Part shown: one piece after another, positions 17,523-26,611 of the stretch
How positions within the stretch are numbered: the first letter of the stretch is position 1
How the letters are laid out: each line of letters starts with the position of its first letter
Source: Abditibacteriaceae bacterium
GTDB taxonomy: Bacteria; Armatimonadota; Abditibacteriia; Abditibacteriales; Abditibacteriaceae
Length of the DNA: 63,430 nucleotides
Reading direction: 5' to 3'
Assembly (NCBI GenBank): GCA_031372065.1
Contig: JANMKN010000273.1
Span: 1 to 63,430, forward strand
Position numbers and translations under genes: made by a program
Notes under the pieces: generated by a model
What the model was told of the DNA's origin: nothing
Database searches by the model: none
Seen by the model: the letters and a program-made list of their open reading frames with translations, nothing else

Positions 17523-19832
17523 TCACTCGATTTCGTAAACGAAGAGCGTGACGTTTTCAAAGGAGGGCGAGGAATCTTCGATGGTCAGGCCGGAAGCGGG
17601 CTGCGCGTTCCAACCGACTAAGAGCGTGTCGGCGTCGCCCACGGCGCCGCTGAGAGTGAGGGCCAGCGCTTTGTTGGCGATTTGCGTTAAATCGGTGCCC
17701 GTGGGGGGAAAAACGCGGCTCAGAGACGATAAATTCGCTATCGGCCCGGCCAATTGCGCGCCGTTGGCGCCCGTGCGCGAGGCCAATTCTGCTGTCACCG
17801 TTGTGCCCGCTTTGACATCGCCGCACGTCCACAAAGCGCCATGCCATTTCAAGACGGCGCCTTTGATGTCATAGGGCGTGGCGTTTTTCACTTGCGGCTT
17901 TTGGTCGTTGCCAGTGCCTTGCGCCGTAATCTGCACACCGCCTTTAGTGTTCACCGTGGAGTGACCGACAAAGGCGCGATACGCCCAAAAGTTGACGGCG
18001 GCATCTTCGACACGCAGTGGTTTGTCGTCGCCCGCTTGCGCAATCGTAACCGGCGACTCCGAAGCCGCTTCGTCGGCGATGTAGTGTGATACCACCAGTT
18101 GCGGATTATCGCCGCTGATGGCATACGATGTTTTGCGCGGCGAAAACAGCCAGAGCATCGCATCCGAGCGCGCCTGCGTGCCGCCGGACGGTTCGCCATT
18201 CAAAGTGCCGCTGCCTTGCACGATATTTATTTGTCGCGCGATGAGCGTGTTGCCTTTGATGCGCAAGGCCGCCGCGTAGCTCATAAACGAAAACGCCACG
18301 ACAATCACCGGCACCGTGACCCACGCCAGTTCGCGCTTATCGAACATCCGCAGCACGCAGTAGTTGACGGGCACGAGAAAGAAAACATACAACGCCAAAA
18401 ACCACGCGATAGTCGAAACCGGCGGCGTTTTCAACTGGCGCACGCGGCGCAATTCTTCAAGCAGCGAAAAGGTGGCATCGGGCGGCACGTTGCCGCCGTA
18501 ATTGTAGCCGTAGTTGGGGTTATAACGCGGATTCATACCGGGATTCATGTTGGTATAAAAATCCACCATCTGCGGCGATGTTTCTTGTATCACGGTGGGC
18601 GCGGGGGTCTTATCGAAAACTTCGCCCCAAAAGTAAGGAATGCCACGCCAGCCAGCGAACGGCGGCTGATTGGGGTCGCCCGCTAAAAACACGACTTGTC
18701 CGGCGCCATAAGGCCGCACGGCCATCATCGGCATGGCGCTGCCCCACAAAGCCCGCGCGCCGGGACGCAGCACGCTGTTTGTCAACATCAAAGGCGCACC
18801 CGCTAAATCATCGCCCAATGAAAACTTTTGCAAGGCTTTATCTTCGGCGGCTTTATTTTGCACATAACGCCGGTAAAAGGCTTGCTTTTGATCATTGCCC
18901 GCAGGCGCGGCGCTTTTGGGTGTCACCGGCCACAAATCGGCGAGTGGCGAACGCGCTAAACGATCCCAATTGGCGCCGCCAATGGCAACCAGCGCGCCGC
19001 CACTGGCCGCATAGCCGCGCAAGGCTTCCTGCTGCGCGGCAGATAATTCGGCGTGCGGAAAATCTTGCAAAACCACCGCATCGGCCATCTGCAAACCAAC
19101 CCAGCGCGGCGGCAGGTTTTTGTGGTTCATCACCATTGGCGTGATCAAAGGCGCAGTAGGCACATAGCCTTTTTTCAAATTTTTGGGCTGGTTATTGTTG
19201 CCGTTGTAAGGGTTGTAATAGGGATTATTCGTTTGCTGAAAATCGCGTTTTTCGGCTTCAATCTCTGCTTTAATGCCCAAGGATTCGGGTTTTTTCAAGT
19301 TCATCACGCCGCTCATGTTTTCGCCGCTGGCGCTGACCGATAGCACAATGCGTGAGGCCGTATCTTTTTCCTTTAAGCCAAAGTCCGCTTTCAGGCCACG
19401 GAATCCGCGCCCCGAAAAAGTCACTTCACCGCTGTCGAAAGTGCGATCAACACGGGTGTAAAGCCAAACCTGCTTATTGGAAACCGTCGGCAATTCTACA
19501 TCGGAATAAGTCACCGAGCCGCGCACGGACGAATCGCTTGATTGGGTGAGACGCAATTCCAAACGCCCGCTGACCGGATCGCCGGTGTTGGCGAGCGTCA
19601 CCTGAATCGGAATCCAATGCCCCCAGCGCGCCAACACTTGCAGCGGCTTTTCCACCGATGCAAAAGGCGACGATAAATTCATTTTGATGGGTTGTTTCGG
19701 ATCGGGCGTAGCCGTTGGCGTCGCATCCGCCGAGGCTTCATTGCCCTGCTGCGCCGCTAAAGGCGACCACAAAGCCCCACTAAAACACCAGACCAACAAA
19801 AGAAACAAGCACGAATTACTCGGACGATGCAT
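17523..19832 (-). CDS. Large exported/membrane hypothetical protein with GATase-like domain and C-terminal TM pair
   Basis: GAGG RBS before MHRPS, signal peptide, YAASGGALVAIGG, LALYVFFLVPVNY..AWVTVP TM region. Confidence 0.8.
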   Translation of the reverse strand: MHRPSNSCLFLLLVWCFSGALWSPLAAQQGNEASADATPTATPDPKQPIKMNLSSPFASVEKPLQVLARWGHWIPIQVTLANTGDPVSGRLELRLTQSSDSSVRGSVTYSDVELPTVSNKQVWLYTRVDRTFDSGEVTFSGRGFRGLKADFGLKEKDTASRIVLSVSASGENMSGVMNLKKPESLGIKAEIEAEKRDFQQTNNPYYNPYNGNNNQPKNLKKGYVPTAPLITPMVMNHKNLPPRWVGLQMADAVVLQDFPHAELSAAQQEALRGYAASGGALVAIGGANWDRLARSPLADLWPVTPKSAAPAGNDQKQAFYRRYVQNKAAEDKALQKFSLGDDLAGAPLMLTNSVLRPGARALWGSAMPMMAVRPYGAGQVVFLAGDPNQPPFAGWRGIPYFWGEVFDKTPAPTVIQETSPQMVDFYTNMNPGMNPRYNPNYGYNYGGNVPPDATFSLLEELRRVRQLKTPPVSTIAWFLALYVFFLVPVNYCVLRMFDKRELAWVTVPVIVVAFSFMSYAAALRIKGNTLIARQINIVQGSGTLNGEPSGGTQARSDAMLWLFSPRKTSYAISGDNPQLVVSHYIADEAASESPVTIAQAGDDKPLRVEDAAVNFWAYRAFVGHSTVNTKGGVQITAQGTGNDQKPQVKNATPYDIKGAVLKWHGALWTCGDVKAGTTVTAELASRTGANGAQLAGPIANLSSLSRVFPPTGTDLTQIANKALALTLSGAVGDADTLLVGWNAQPASGLTIEDSSPSFENVTLFVYEIE

Positions 19833-20120
19833 AAAAATCCTCATCGAAGTTCTCATCACAAATCGGCGACACCAACTGCAACAGCGCGTAAAAATCATTT
19901 TCAGCAACACCAATAATTATACAGCGCCACGCCTTTTGACTGCGCTATCTGAGTGCGCCAAGACTCAGATAGTTCGCCACAAAGTTCGCTACGAAACTAA
20001 GCCGATAATGCCGCGTCTAAAGCGGCGCTTTCAATAGACCCTCTATAAAAGCTTGAGTTGTTGCTAACTGTGTTTCACTGCTGGCACGCGTGATTTCAAA
20101 TTGGAAACCAAAAAATTCCC

Positions 20121-21068
20121 ATGAATCCTCGTTTTTTTGCTTCTTTGCCTTTCTGCGTATTAAGCGCAGCCTCGTTTTTTTCAAGCGGAGCCGCACAAAC
20201 GGCGCCGGTCGTTGTGCCACCCAGCACGCCGCTCACCACCGTGTTGGCCACGACAGAACAAGATGCCGCAGTCTTGGCGCGCTATCAACTGGCGCTTGAT
20301 CAGTTGGCAACCGGAGCCACGGCCACGGCGCGTGTGATTTTAGAAGACAGCGTGCGCCGCTACGGGCCGCGCCCAGAAATCAATTTATTGCTTGCCTATG
20401 TTTTGCAACGCGAAGGCAACAACAACGGCGCATTAAATGCGGCTAATCAAGTCGCCTCGGCATCTGCATTGGCGGCTGCGTTCAGTGGCCAATTGCAAGG
20501 CGCCACGTCGATTAACACCACTGTTTTGCATTCCCCACCCGTCACGCCAATAACTGTTGGGCCACTTGGCGTTGGCCCATTGGTCGAAAGCGGACTTGTC
20601 GCAGTAGCACCGAAGAGTAACGCCAGCCTGCCACAAAATGATGCCCGCCTTGCCAAACTGGAGCTTACTATGATGGATATGGTCAACACCGAACGCGCTA
20701 AAGTCGGTCTGGGCGCGCTGCAATGGAACGACGATTTGGCCTCTGTGGCCCGCGCCCACGCTGCCGAAATGCGCGACAAAAATTATTTTTCGCACGAATC
20801 CCCCACACCGGGCATCACTACGCACCTTGACCGCTATCGCGCTGCTGGCTATGAGGCCCCGCGCGTGATTGCCGAAAATATTTTTCGGGCGTGGGGTTCG
20901 CCCAAACAAGTCAGCCTAAGTGATGTTCAACAGGGGCACACTGCGCTGATGCAATCGCCCGGTCATCGCGCCAACATTCTCTACCGCGACATTTCGCAAA
21001 TCGGTATCGGGATTGCCACCGACACCAAAGGCGATATTTGGATTGCCCAAATGTTTCTGCGTCCGTGA
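20121..21068 (+). CDS. Secreted CAP (SCP/Tpx-1) domain protein with TPR-like N-terminus
   Basis: VNTERA..ARAHAAEM..YFSH..AENI..MQSPGHRANIL. Confidence 0.9.
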   Translation: MNPRFFASLPFCVLSAASFFSSGAAQTAPVVVPPSTPLTTVLATTEQDAAVLARYQLALDQLATGATATARVILEDSVRRYGPRPEINLLLAYVLQREGNNNGALNAANQVASASALAAAFSGQLQGATSINTTVLHSPPVTPITVGPLGVGPLVESGLVAVAPKSNASLPQNDARLAKLELTMMDMVNTERAKVGLGALQWNDDLASVARAHAAEMRDKNYFSHESPTPGITTHLDRYRAAGYEAPRVIAENIFRAWGSPKQVSLSDVQQGHTALMQSPGHRANILYRDISQIGIGIATDTKGDIWIAQMFLRP

Positions 21069-21201
21069 AGCCGCTGCTTCTCGTTCTCCTGCCATTTATA
21101 ACCATTAGCAGCCAAAAAGTTTTACCTCTACAAAAAAACCTGTCATAATGGATGGAACCATCGAAAACTACAAACGATGACGACCAATAAATCGGGGGAC
21201 T

Positions 21202-21717
21202 ATGCCGGACACCATCCAAACCTCTATGGCATCCAATGAGGCGCACAAATCGGACGCCGCGAAAATAAACGCTCAGTCTCCTGAACCTTCCACGCAGCAG
21301 AAACCTTCAGAAGAAGCCGCAGTTTCGGCTCCGCAAAATAGAGTTTCGCGCCAATCGAGTGCGCATCATTCTCACAGTTCGCTCAAACATAAGTCACGCA
21401 AACCGAAAAAACGGAATCGTCCGCCCTCGTATCGTTTGTCCTTTTGGTCGCGTGTCAAGTCGCCGATTTTACAGTGCCGCCGCTGTGGTGAACGTTATCG
21501 GGCTTTGTGGACAAAAGACACACGATGCCCCAAATGCGGGCGCCATCCACTGAAAGTGCAACAATGGGAAAAGGCGCTTTACACCTTAGTTTTTCCTGCC
21601 GCACTGATTGGTGCGATGATTCATTTCGGGCGCTCACCTCGCAACGCCGCTCTTATTTTCGGGATGGGATTAGTCGGTTTATCAGCGGAAATTGCGGTTT
21701 ATTTTTTTGTGAACTAA
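21202..21717 (+). CDS. Hypothetical Zn-ribbon membrane protein
   Basis: CRRC..CPKC motif followed by two TM helices. GGGGG SD-like sequence upstream. Confidence 0.7.
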   Translation: MPDTIQTSMASNEAHKSDAAKINAQSPEPSTQQKPSEEAAVSAPQNRVSRQSSAHHSHSSLKHKSRKPKKRNRPPSYRLSFWSRVKSPILQCRRCGERYRALWTKDTRCPKCGRHPLKVQQWEKALYTLVFPAALIGAMIHFGRSPRNAALIFGMGLVGLSAEIAVYFFVN

Positions 21718-21790
21718 CATCGCCGCTCTTTAATAAGCCTATGAAGCGACGCGGCGAAGTTGTGCAAATTTGCCATACTCGTTGGCGATT

Positions 21791-22801
21791 ATGCGCTTGT
21801 TCGTCTCCCGACTTTTCTTATTGGTAATCGCTTTAGCAGTGTGCGCCATATTTATCGTGTTGACGGGCAATAATCCTCTCACGGCGGCGCAAGCGCTCGC
21901 GCATGGCGCGCTTGGCACGCCGCGCGCTTGGGCCGAATCGCTTGCCAAAACAACGCCACTGATTATGACCGGCCTTTGCGTGGCGGTGGCTTTTCGCGCC
22001 GGATTTTTCAACATCGGCGCGGAAGGCCAATTTCTCTTGGGCGCCTTAACCGCGACGGCGCTGGGCACAAAATTCCCGCTTCCGTGGCCTTTTGTCTTGC
22101 TCGGCGGCGCTTTGGCGGGCGCTTTTTGGTCGTCTCTGGCGGGCTGGATGAAACTGCGACGAGGCGCGCCCGAAATTATCACCACCATCATGTTGAATTA
22201 TGTAGCGATTCAACTGGTTTCGTTTTCGCTCCAAATTCCCGACAAACCGGGTGCGCCGCGCGGTTGGCTTTTGGAAACCAAAGCCGTGCAACCGCAAAGC
22301 GATTCGATGGCCGCTCAGTCACAATTGCCTTCGCTGATGGCGAATACCAATTTGCACGTCGGATTATTCATCGCCTTGCTGTGCGCTTTTGGCTGCTGGT
22401 GGTTTTTGTTTCGCAGCGAGCGCGGCTTTTTGGCCCGCGCGGCGGGCGCCAATCCGCTTGCGGCACGAGCGGCGGGCATTCAAACGGATCGGCAAATTCA
22501 ATTTGCCACCGCATTGGCTGGCGCGTTGGCCGGTTTAGGCGGCGCAATGGAAATCGCGGGCGCCACAAAGCAACTCGGACAAACGCCGCCGGGCTATGGT
22601 TACACCGCGATTGCCGTCGCTTTGCTGGGCGATTTAAATCCGTTGGGCCTTTTGCCTGCGGCTCTGCTTTTTGGAGGCCTGAGTGCGGGCGGCGGCGCGA
22701 TGGAGCGCAATGCGGGTGTGCCCGCCGTGACAGTTTCGTTGGTGGTTGGCGTGCTGGTCTGCTTCGTGGCGCTCTTACCGCGCTTGAAAAAGGAATCTTG
22801 A
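21791..22801 (+). CDS. Sugar/nucleoside ABC transporter permease
   Basis: GFFNIGAEGQ, EIITTIMLNY, GYGYTAIAVALLG..NP. Confidence 0.9.
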   Translation: MRLFVSRLFLLVIALAVCAIFIVLTGNNPLTAAQALAHGALGTPRAWAESLAKTTPLIMTGLCVAVAFRAGFFNIGAEGQFLLGALTATALGTKFPLPWPFVLLGGALAGAFWSSLAGWMKLRRGAPEIITTIMLNYVAIQLVSFSLQIPDKPGAPRGWLLETKAVQPQSDSMAAQSQLPSLMANTNLHVGLFIALLCAFGCWWFLFRSERGFLARAAGANPLAARAAGIQTDRQIQFATALAGALAGLGGAMEIAGATKQLGQTPPGYGYTAIAVALLGDLNPLGLLPAALLFGGLSAGGGAMERNAGVPAVTVSLVVGVLVCFVALLPRLKKES

Positions 22802-23415
22802 TGCTGACAAATAAATTTGAAGAAGCCCTGATATTTGCCGCTGAAAAGCATCGCGCCCAAGTGCGCAAAGGCAGCGGAGTGCCGTATCTTTCGCATTTAC
22901 TGGGCGTGGCGTCACTGGTTTTGGAGCATGGTGGCGACGAAGATGAAGCCATTGGCGCGTTATTGCACGATGTCATCGAAGATCAAGATGTCACCGAAGA
23001 CGAAGTGAAAGCCAAATTTGGCCCGCGCGTCGCGGAAATCGTGGTTGGCTGCACCGATGGCGTGCCGGATGCCGCCACCGGCCAGAAACCACCGTGGCGA
23101 GCGCGCAAAGAAGTCTACATCGCACATCTTGATGACTCCAGAGCCGCTTCGATTCGCTTGGTTTCGGCTGCCGATAAATTGCATAATATTCGCAGCATAA
23201 TCACCGATTATCGCACTGTGGGCGAAGAATTATGGTCGCGTTTTTCGGGAGGGCGCGAAACGATTTGGTATTATCGCGCGCTGTCGGAACAGCATTTAAA
23301 CGCCGCTTCGCAAAGTGACCCGCGCGGTTTGCACACTTTGCTCGAAGAACTGCGTGTCGCGGTGTTGGAATTGGAAAAATTAACAGCGAAAACGCGCGCC
23401 GATGCCCCGCCTTAA
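22801..23415 (+). CDS. HD-domain protein, SpoT/Mesh1-like small alarmone hydrolase family
   Basis: H..QVRKG..PYLSH, ALLHDVIED, ADKLHN. ATG overlaps the permease TGA. Confidence 0.88.
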   Translation: MLTNKFEEALIFAAEKHRAQVRKGSGVPYLSHLLGVASLVLEHGGDEDEAIGALLHDVIEDQDVTEDEVKAKFGPRVAEIVVGCTDGVPDAATGQKPPWRARKEVYIAHLDDSRAASIRLVSAADKLHNIRSIITDYRTVGEELWSRFSGGRETIWYYRALSEQHLNAASQSDPRGLHTLLEELRVAVLELEKLTAKTRADAPP

Positions 23416-23479
23416 ATCTCACATTGAAGTAATGCCGCTAATTTGAGAAAATCTAAGCACATCCAAGGATATCCACCCC

Positions 23480-24283
23480 ATGAGCACAACTGAGATGGTC
23501 AACGGCCCCGCAACGGCCACCAACGGCGCAAAAACCGAAGCCGAATATGGCGGACAAGAATATATTGTTCGCGTGCGCGGCGTTAAACGCACTTACGAAG
23601 TCGGCGGCCAACCTGTCCACGCCTTGCGCGGCATTGATCTCGACATTCAGCGCGGCGAATATATTTCGATCATGGGGCCTTCGGGTTCGGGCAAATCTAC
23701 TTTGTTCAACATGATTGGTGGCCTCGACAAGCCCACCGATGGCACCGTGTTCATTGACGAAGTAGACATCGCGCAACTCGACGCCTTTGAACTGGCGTGG
23801 CTGCGCTGCCGCAAAATCGGCTATATTTTCCAAACGTTCAACTTAATTCCGGTGATGACCGCGATGGAAAACATCACGCTGCCGATGATTTTCGCGGGCT
23901 ACGATCTCGACCATCAATTAGCGCGTGGCAAAGAACTGCTGGAAGCCGTCGGCATCTTGCATCGCAAGGACAACAAGCCCTCGCAGTTATCCGGCGGTCA
24001 GCAGCAGCGTGTTGCCATCGCCCGCGCGCTGGCAAACAGCCCATCGATTATTTTGGCCGACGAGCCAACCGGAAACCTTGACCAGAAAACCGGTCAGGAA
24101 ATCATCGAGCTGTTAAAGCGCCTCAACAAAGAAAGTGGCGTCACGGTGATTACCGCCACGCACGATGACAAGATGCTGAAAACCTCGGATCGGGTCGTCG
24201 TAGTGTCGGACGGCACAATTTCGCGGGTTTACACCTCTGAAGAAATTAAGGCGATGCAAGACACCGTTGGCGGCTTCCATTAA
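23480..24283 (+). CDS. ABC transporter ATP-binding protein (LolD/MacB-like)
   Basis: [35 protein letters not shown]. Confidence 0.95.
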   Translation: MSTTEMVNGPATATNGAKTEAEYGGQEYIVRVRGVKRTYEVGGQPVHALRGIDLDIQRGEYISIMGPSGSGKSTLFNMIGGLDKPTDGTVFIDEVDIAQLDAFELAWLRCRKIGYIFQTFNLIPVMTAMENITLPMIFAGYDLDHQLARGKELLEAVGILHRKDNKPSQLSGGQQQRVAIARALANSPSIILADEPTGNLDQKTGQEIIELLKRLNKESGVTVITATHDDKMLKTSDRVVVVSDGTISRVYTSEEIKAMQDTVGGFH

Positions 24284-24364
24284 GTTCGCCCCAGAGAAAA
24301 AACAAGCGCGAGACTGCATAAAATGCGGCCTCGCGCTTGTTTTTTTAGTAACATTCAGTTCATC

Positions 24365-25006
24365 ATGAGCAGTTCGACGACAGTCTCGAAACCTCCAAGC
24401 CAAAGCCGCAAAAACCACGACGAATCCGCTTCTCTGGGCACCGGACTTTTATTGGTGCTATCCGGCCCTTCGGGTGTCGGCAAAGACACGGTCTGGAAAC
24501 AGGCCGCCCCCTGTTTGCCGACGTTTCGCAAAGCCATCACCAGCACCACGCGTGCGCGCCGCGAGCGTGAAGAACAAGGCGTGAATTATAACTTCGTGAG
24601 CGACGCTGAATTTGATCGCATGATTCGCAACGACGAGCTTTTGGAATGGGCGCACGTTCACGGATTCCGTTACGGCGTGCCTGCTGGCCCAGTTTTAGGC
24701 GCGCTCAACGATGGCAACGACGTTATCTGTGTGATTGATGTGCAAGGCGCGCAACGGGTGAAATCCTTGTTTCCCTCCGCCATTTTAGTGTTCCTTACAC
24801 CACCTGAAGTCAAGGTTTTGGAGCAGCGCATCTTAGATCGCGACAACGAAATTGACCGCAAAGATTTGCAAAACCGTTTGGCTATTGTGCATTGGGAAAT
24901 GGAGCATATTCCGCTTTACGATTACACCATCGTCAACGACACTGTCGAACACGCCGCCAAAGAATTGTGCGAAGTCGTCGCGAGGGAAAAGAAAAAGCGG
25001 GCGTAG
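24365..25006 (+). CDS. gmk: Guanylate kinase
   Basis: LSGPSGVGKDT, TTRARR..E..GVNYNFV, IDVQGA. Confidence 0.95.
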   Translation: MSSSTTVSKPPSQSRKNHDESASLGTGLLLVLSGPSGVGKDTVWKQAAPCLPTFRKAITSTTRARREREEQGVNYNFVSDAEFDRMIRNDELLEWAHVHGFRYGVPAGPVLGALNDGNDVICVIDVQGAQRVKSLFPSAILVFLTPPEVKVLEQRILDRDNEIDRKDLQNRLAIVHWEMEHIPLYDYTIVNDTVEHAAKELCEVVAREKKKRA

Positions 25007-25076
25007 GTTTTTGGTCTTTGGTTTTTGAGTTCAGTAATACGCTGTCCAAAGGCCCAAAACCAAAAAACCAAAACCA
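25006..25076. repeat. Inverted heptamer repeat cluster
   Basis: GGTTTTT GGTCTTT GGTTTTT ... CCAAAGG CCCAAAA CCAAAAA ACCAAAA. Confidence 0.6.
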
Positions 25077-26288
25077 ATGCAAGGAAAAACCATTCTCCTC
25101 GGCGTCAGCGGCTCGATTGCAGCCTATAAAGCCTGCGAATTGGCTTCGCGACTGACACAAAACGGCGCGGCGGTGCCTGTAATTCTTACCGAAGGCGCGC
25201 AAAATTTTGTCGCTCCCCTCACTTTTCAAGCCCTGACACGCCAGCCTGTTTATAGTTCGCTTTGGCCTCAAGATGCGGCGGGCGAAAGTGGCGTTGCAGC
25301 GGCGATGGCGCATATTGGACTCGCCGAAAACGCCGATGCGATTTTCATCGCGCCCGCTTCGGCCAATTGCCTTGCCCGCTTGGCACACGGTCTGGCCGAT
25401 GACCTTTTAACGACTTGCATTTTGGCAGCGCGCTGCCCGATTCTCATCGCACCCGCCATGAATCCAGCGATGCTGGAAAACACCGCCACGCAGCGCAATT
25501 TGGACATTTTGCGTGGCTTTGGCTATCACCTTATCGAACCCGATAGCGGGCGCATGGCTTGCGAACATATCGGCCAAGGGCGCCTGCCGGACACCGATAC
25601 CTTGATTTCGCACCTGCAAAAAGTCCTATGGCCCGCGCCGCCGATTTTAGCGGGCAAAACTGTTTTAATCACCGCCGGGCCAACGCGCGAAATGCTCGAC
25701 CCGGTGCGTTATCTCACCAATCGCAGCAGCGGAAAAATGGGCTATGCCTTAGCCGCGACAGCGCAGGCGCGCGGCGCAAAAGTGATTCTGATTAGCGGCC
25801 CCACGCAGTTAAAAGCGCCCGTCGGAGTGCAAACTGAAAACGTGGTCAGCACGCAGGAAATGCACGAAGCCGTGATGCGTCATGCGCCTTTGTGCGATGT
25901 GATTATCGCTTCCGCCGCGCCCGCCGATTTTCGCCCTGCGCAAAGCGCAACGCAAAAGATTAAAAAGCAGGGCAGCGAAAATATTACGTTAGATTTAATG
26001 CCCACGCCCGATATTATCGCCACTGTGGGCGCGCAAAAACGCGATAATCAAATCGTCATCGCTTTTGCCGCTGAAACCGAAAATCTCATGGCCGAAGCGC
26101 GTCGCAAAATGAAAGCTAAACACGCCGATGCCATTGTCGCCAACGATGTCACGCAAGACGGCGCTGGTTTCGATGTTCCAACCAATCGCGTGACGTGGAT
26201 TACAAAAACCGCAGAAGAAAACTGGCCTCTACTGAGCAAAAACGAAGTCGCCGCCCGTATTTGGGACAAAATATGCCGCTTCTGGTGA
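25077..26288 (+). CDS. coaBC: Phosphopantothenoylcysteine decarboxylase/ligase
   Basis: GSIAAYKA, APASAN, PAMN, ITAGPTRE.LDPVRYLTNRSSGKMG, FAAET. Confidence 0.97.
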   Translation: MQGKTILLGVSGSIAAYKACELASRLTQNGAAVPVILTEGAQNFVAPLTFQALTRQPVYSSLWPQDAAGESGVAAAMAHIGLAENADAIFIAPASANCLARLAHGLADDLLTTCILAARCPILIAPAMNPAMLENTATQRNLDILRGFGYHLIEPDSGRMACEHIGQGRLPDTDTLISHLQKVLWPAPPILAGKTVLITAGPTREMLDPVRYLTNRSSGKMGYALAATAQARGAKVILISGPTQLKAPVGVQTENVVSTQEMHEAVMRHAPLCDVIIASAAPADFRPAQSATQKIKKQGSENITLDLMPTPDIIATVGAQKRDNQIVIAFAAETENLMAEARRKMKAKHADAIVANDVTQDGAGFDVPTNRVTWITKTAEENWPLLSKNEVAARIWDKICRFW

Positions 26289-26340
26289 TTCGCCACAGTT
26301 TCAGATTTCGACCAAAATGCGGCAGCCAATTCGCGCCATT

Positions 26341-26560
26341 AGACAAAAATTTGCGTCGTTAGGAGAAAAATACAGCCGTTGGAGAAAAATTGCACCGTTT
26401 GGAAGAAAATTGCACCGTTTAGAGAAAATTTGCACCGTTTGGAAAAAAAATACAGCCGCTGAAAGAAAAATACAGCCGTTAGGCAAAAAATACAACCGTT
26501 AGAAGAAAAATACAACCGTTTAAGCGTTCGCCACACGTTTTAGGCGTTCGCCACGCCGCT
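26341..26560. repeat. 20-bp tandem array with phased A-tracts (~11 units)
   Basis: RGRAGAAAAATACAGCCGTT / ..AAAATTGCACCGTTT units at exact 20-bp period. Confidence 0.9.
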
Positions 26561-26611
26561 TGAACGGCAAAGAAGCGGCGTAAATTGCCGCCCAGTTACC
26601 CTCCTTGATCA

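Noticed and set aside
21928..22800. 495-aa ORF as a long HD fusion protein
   Set aside because: The N-terminal part is an off-frame overlap of the permease. The real start is ATG 22801.
26301..26536. Short ORFs over the 20-bp array
   Set aside because: Repeat-derived, with a period that is not a multiple of 3.
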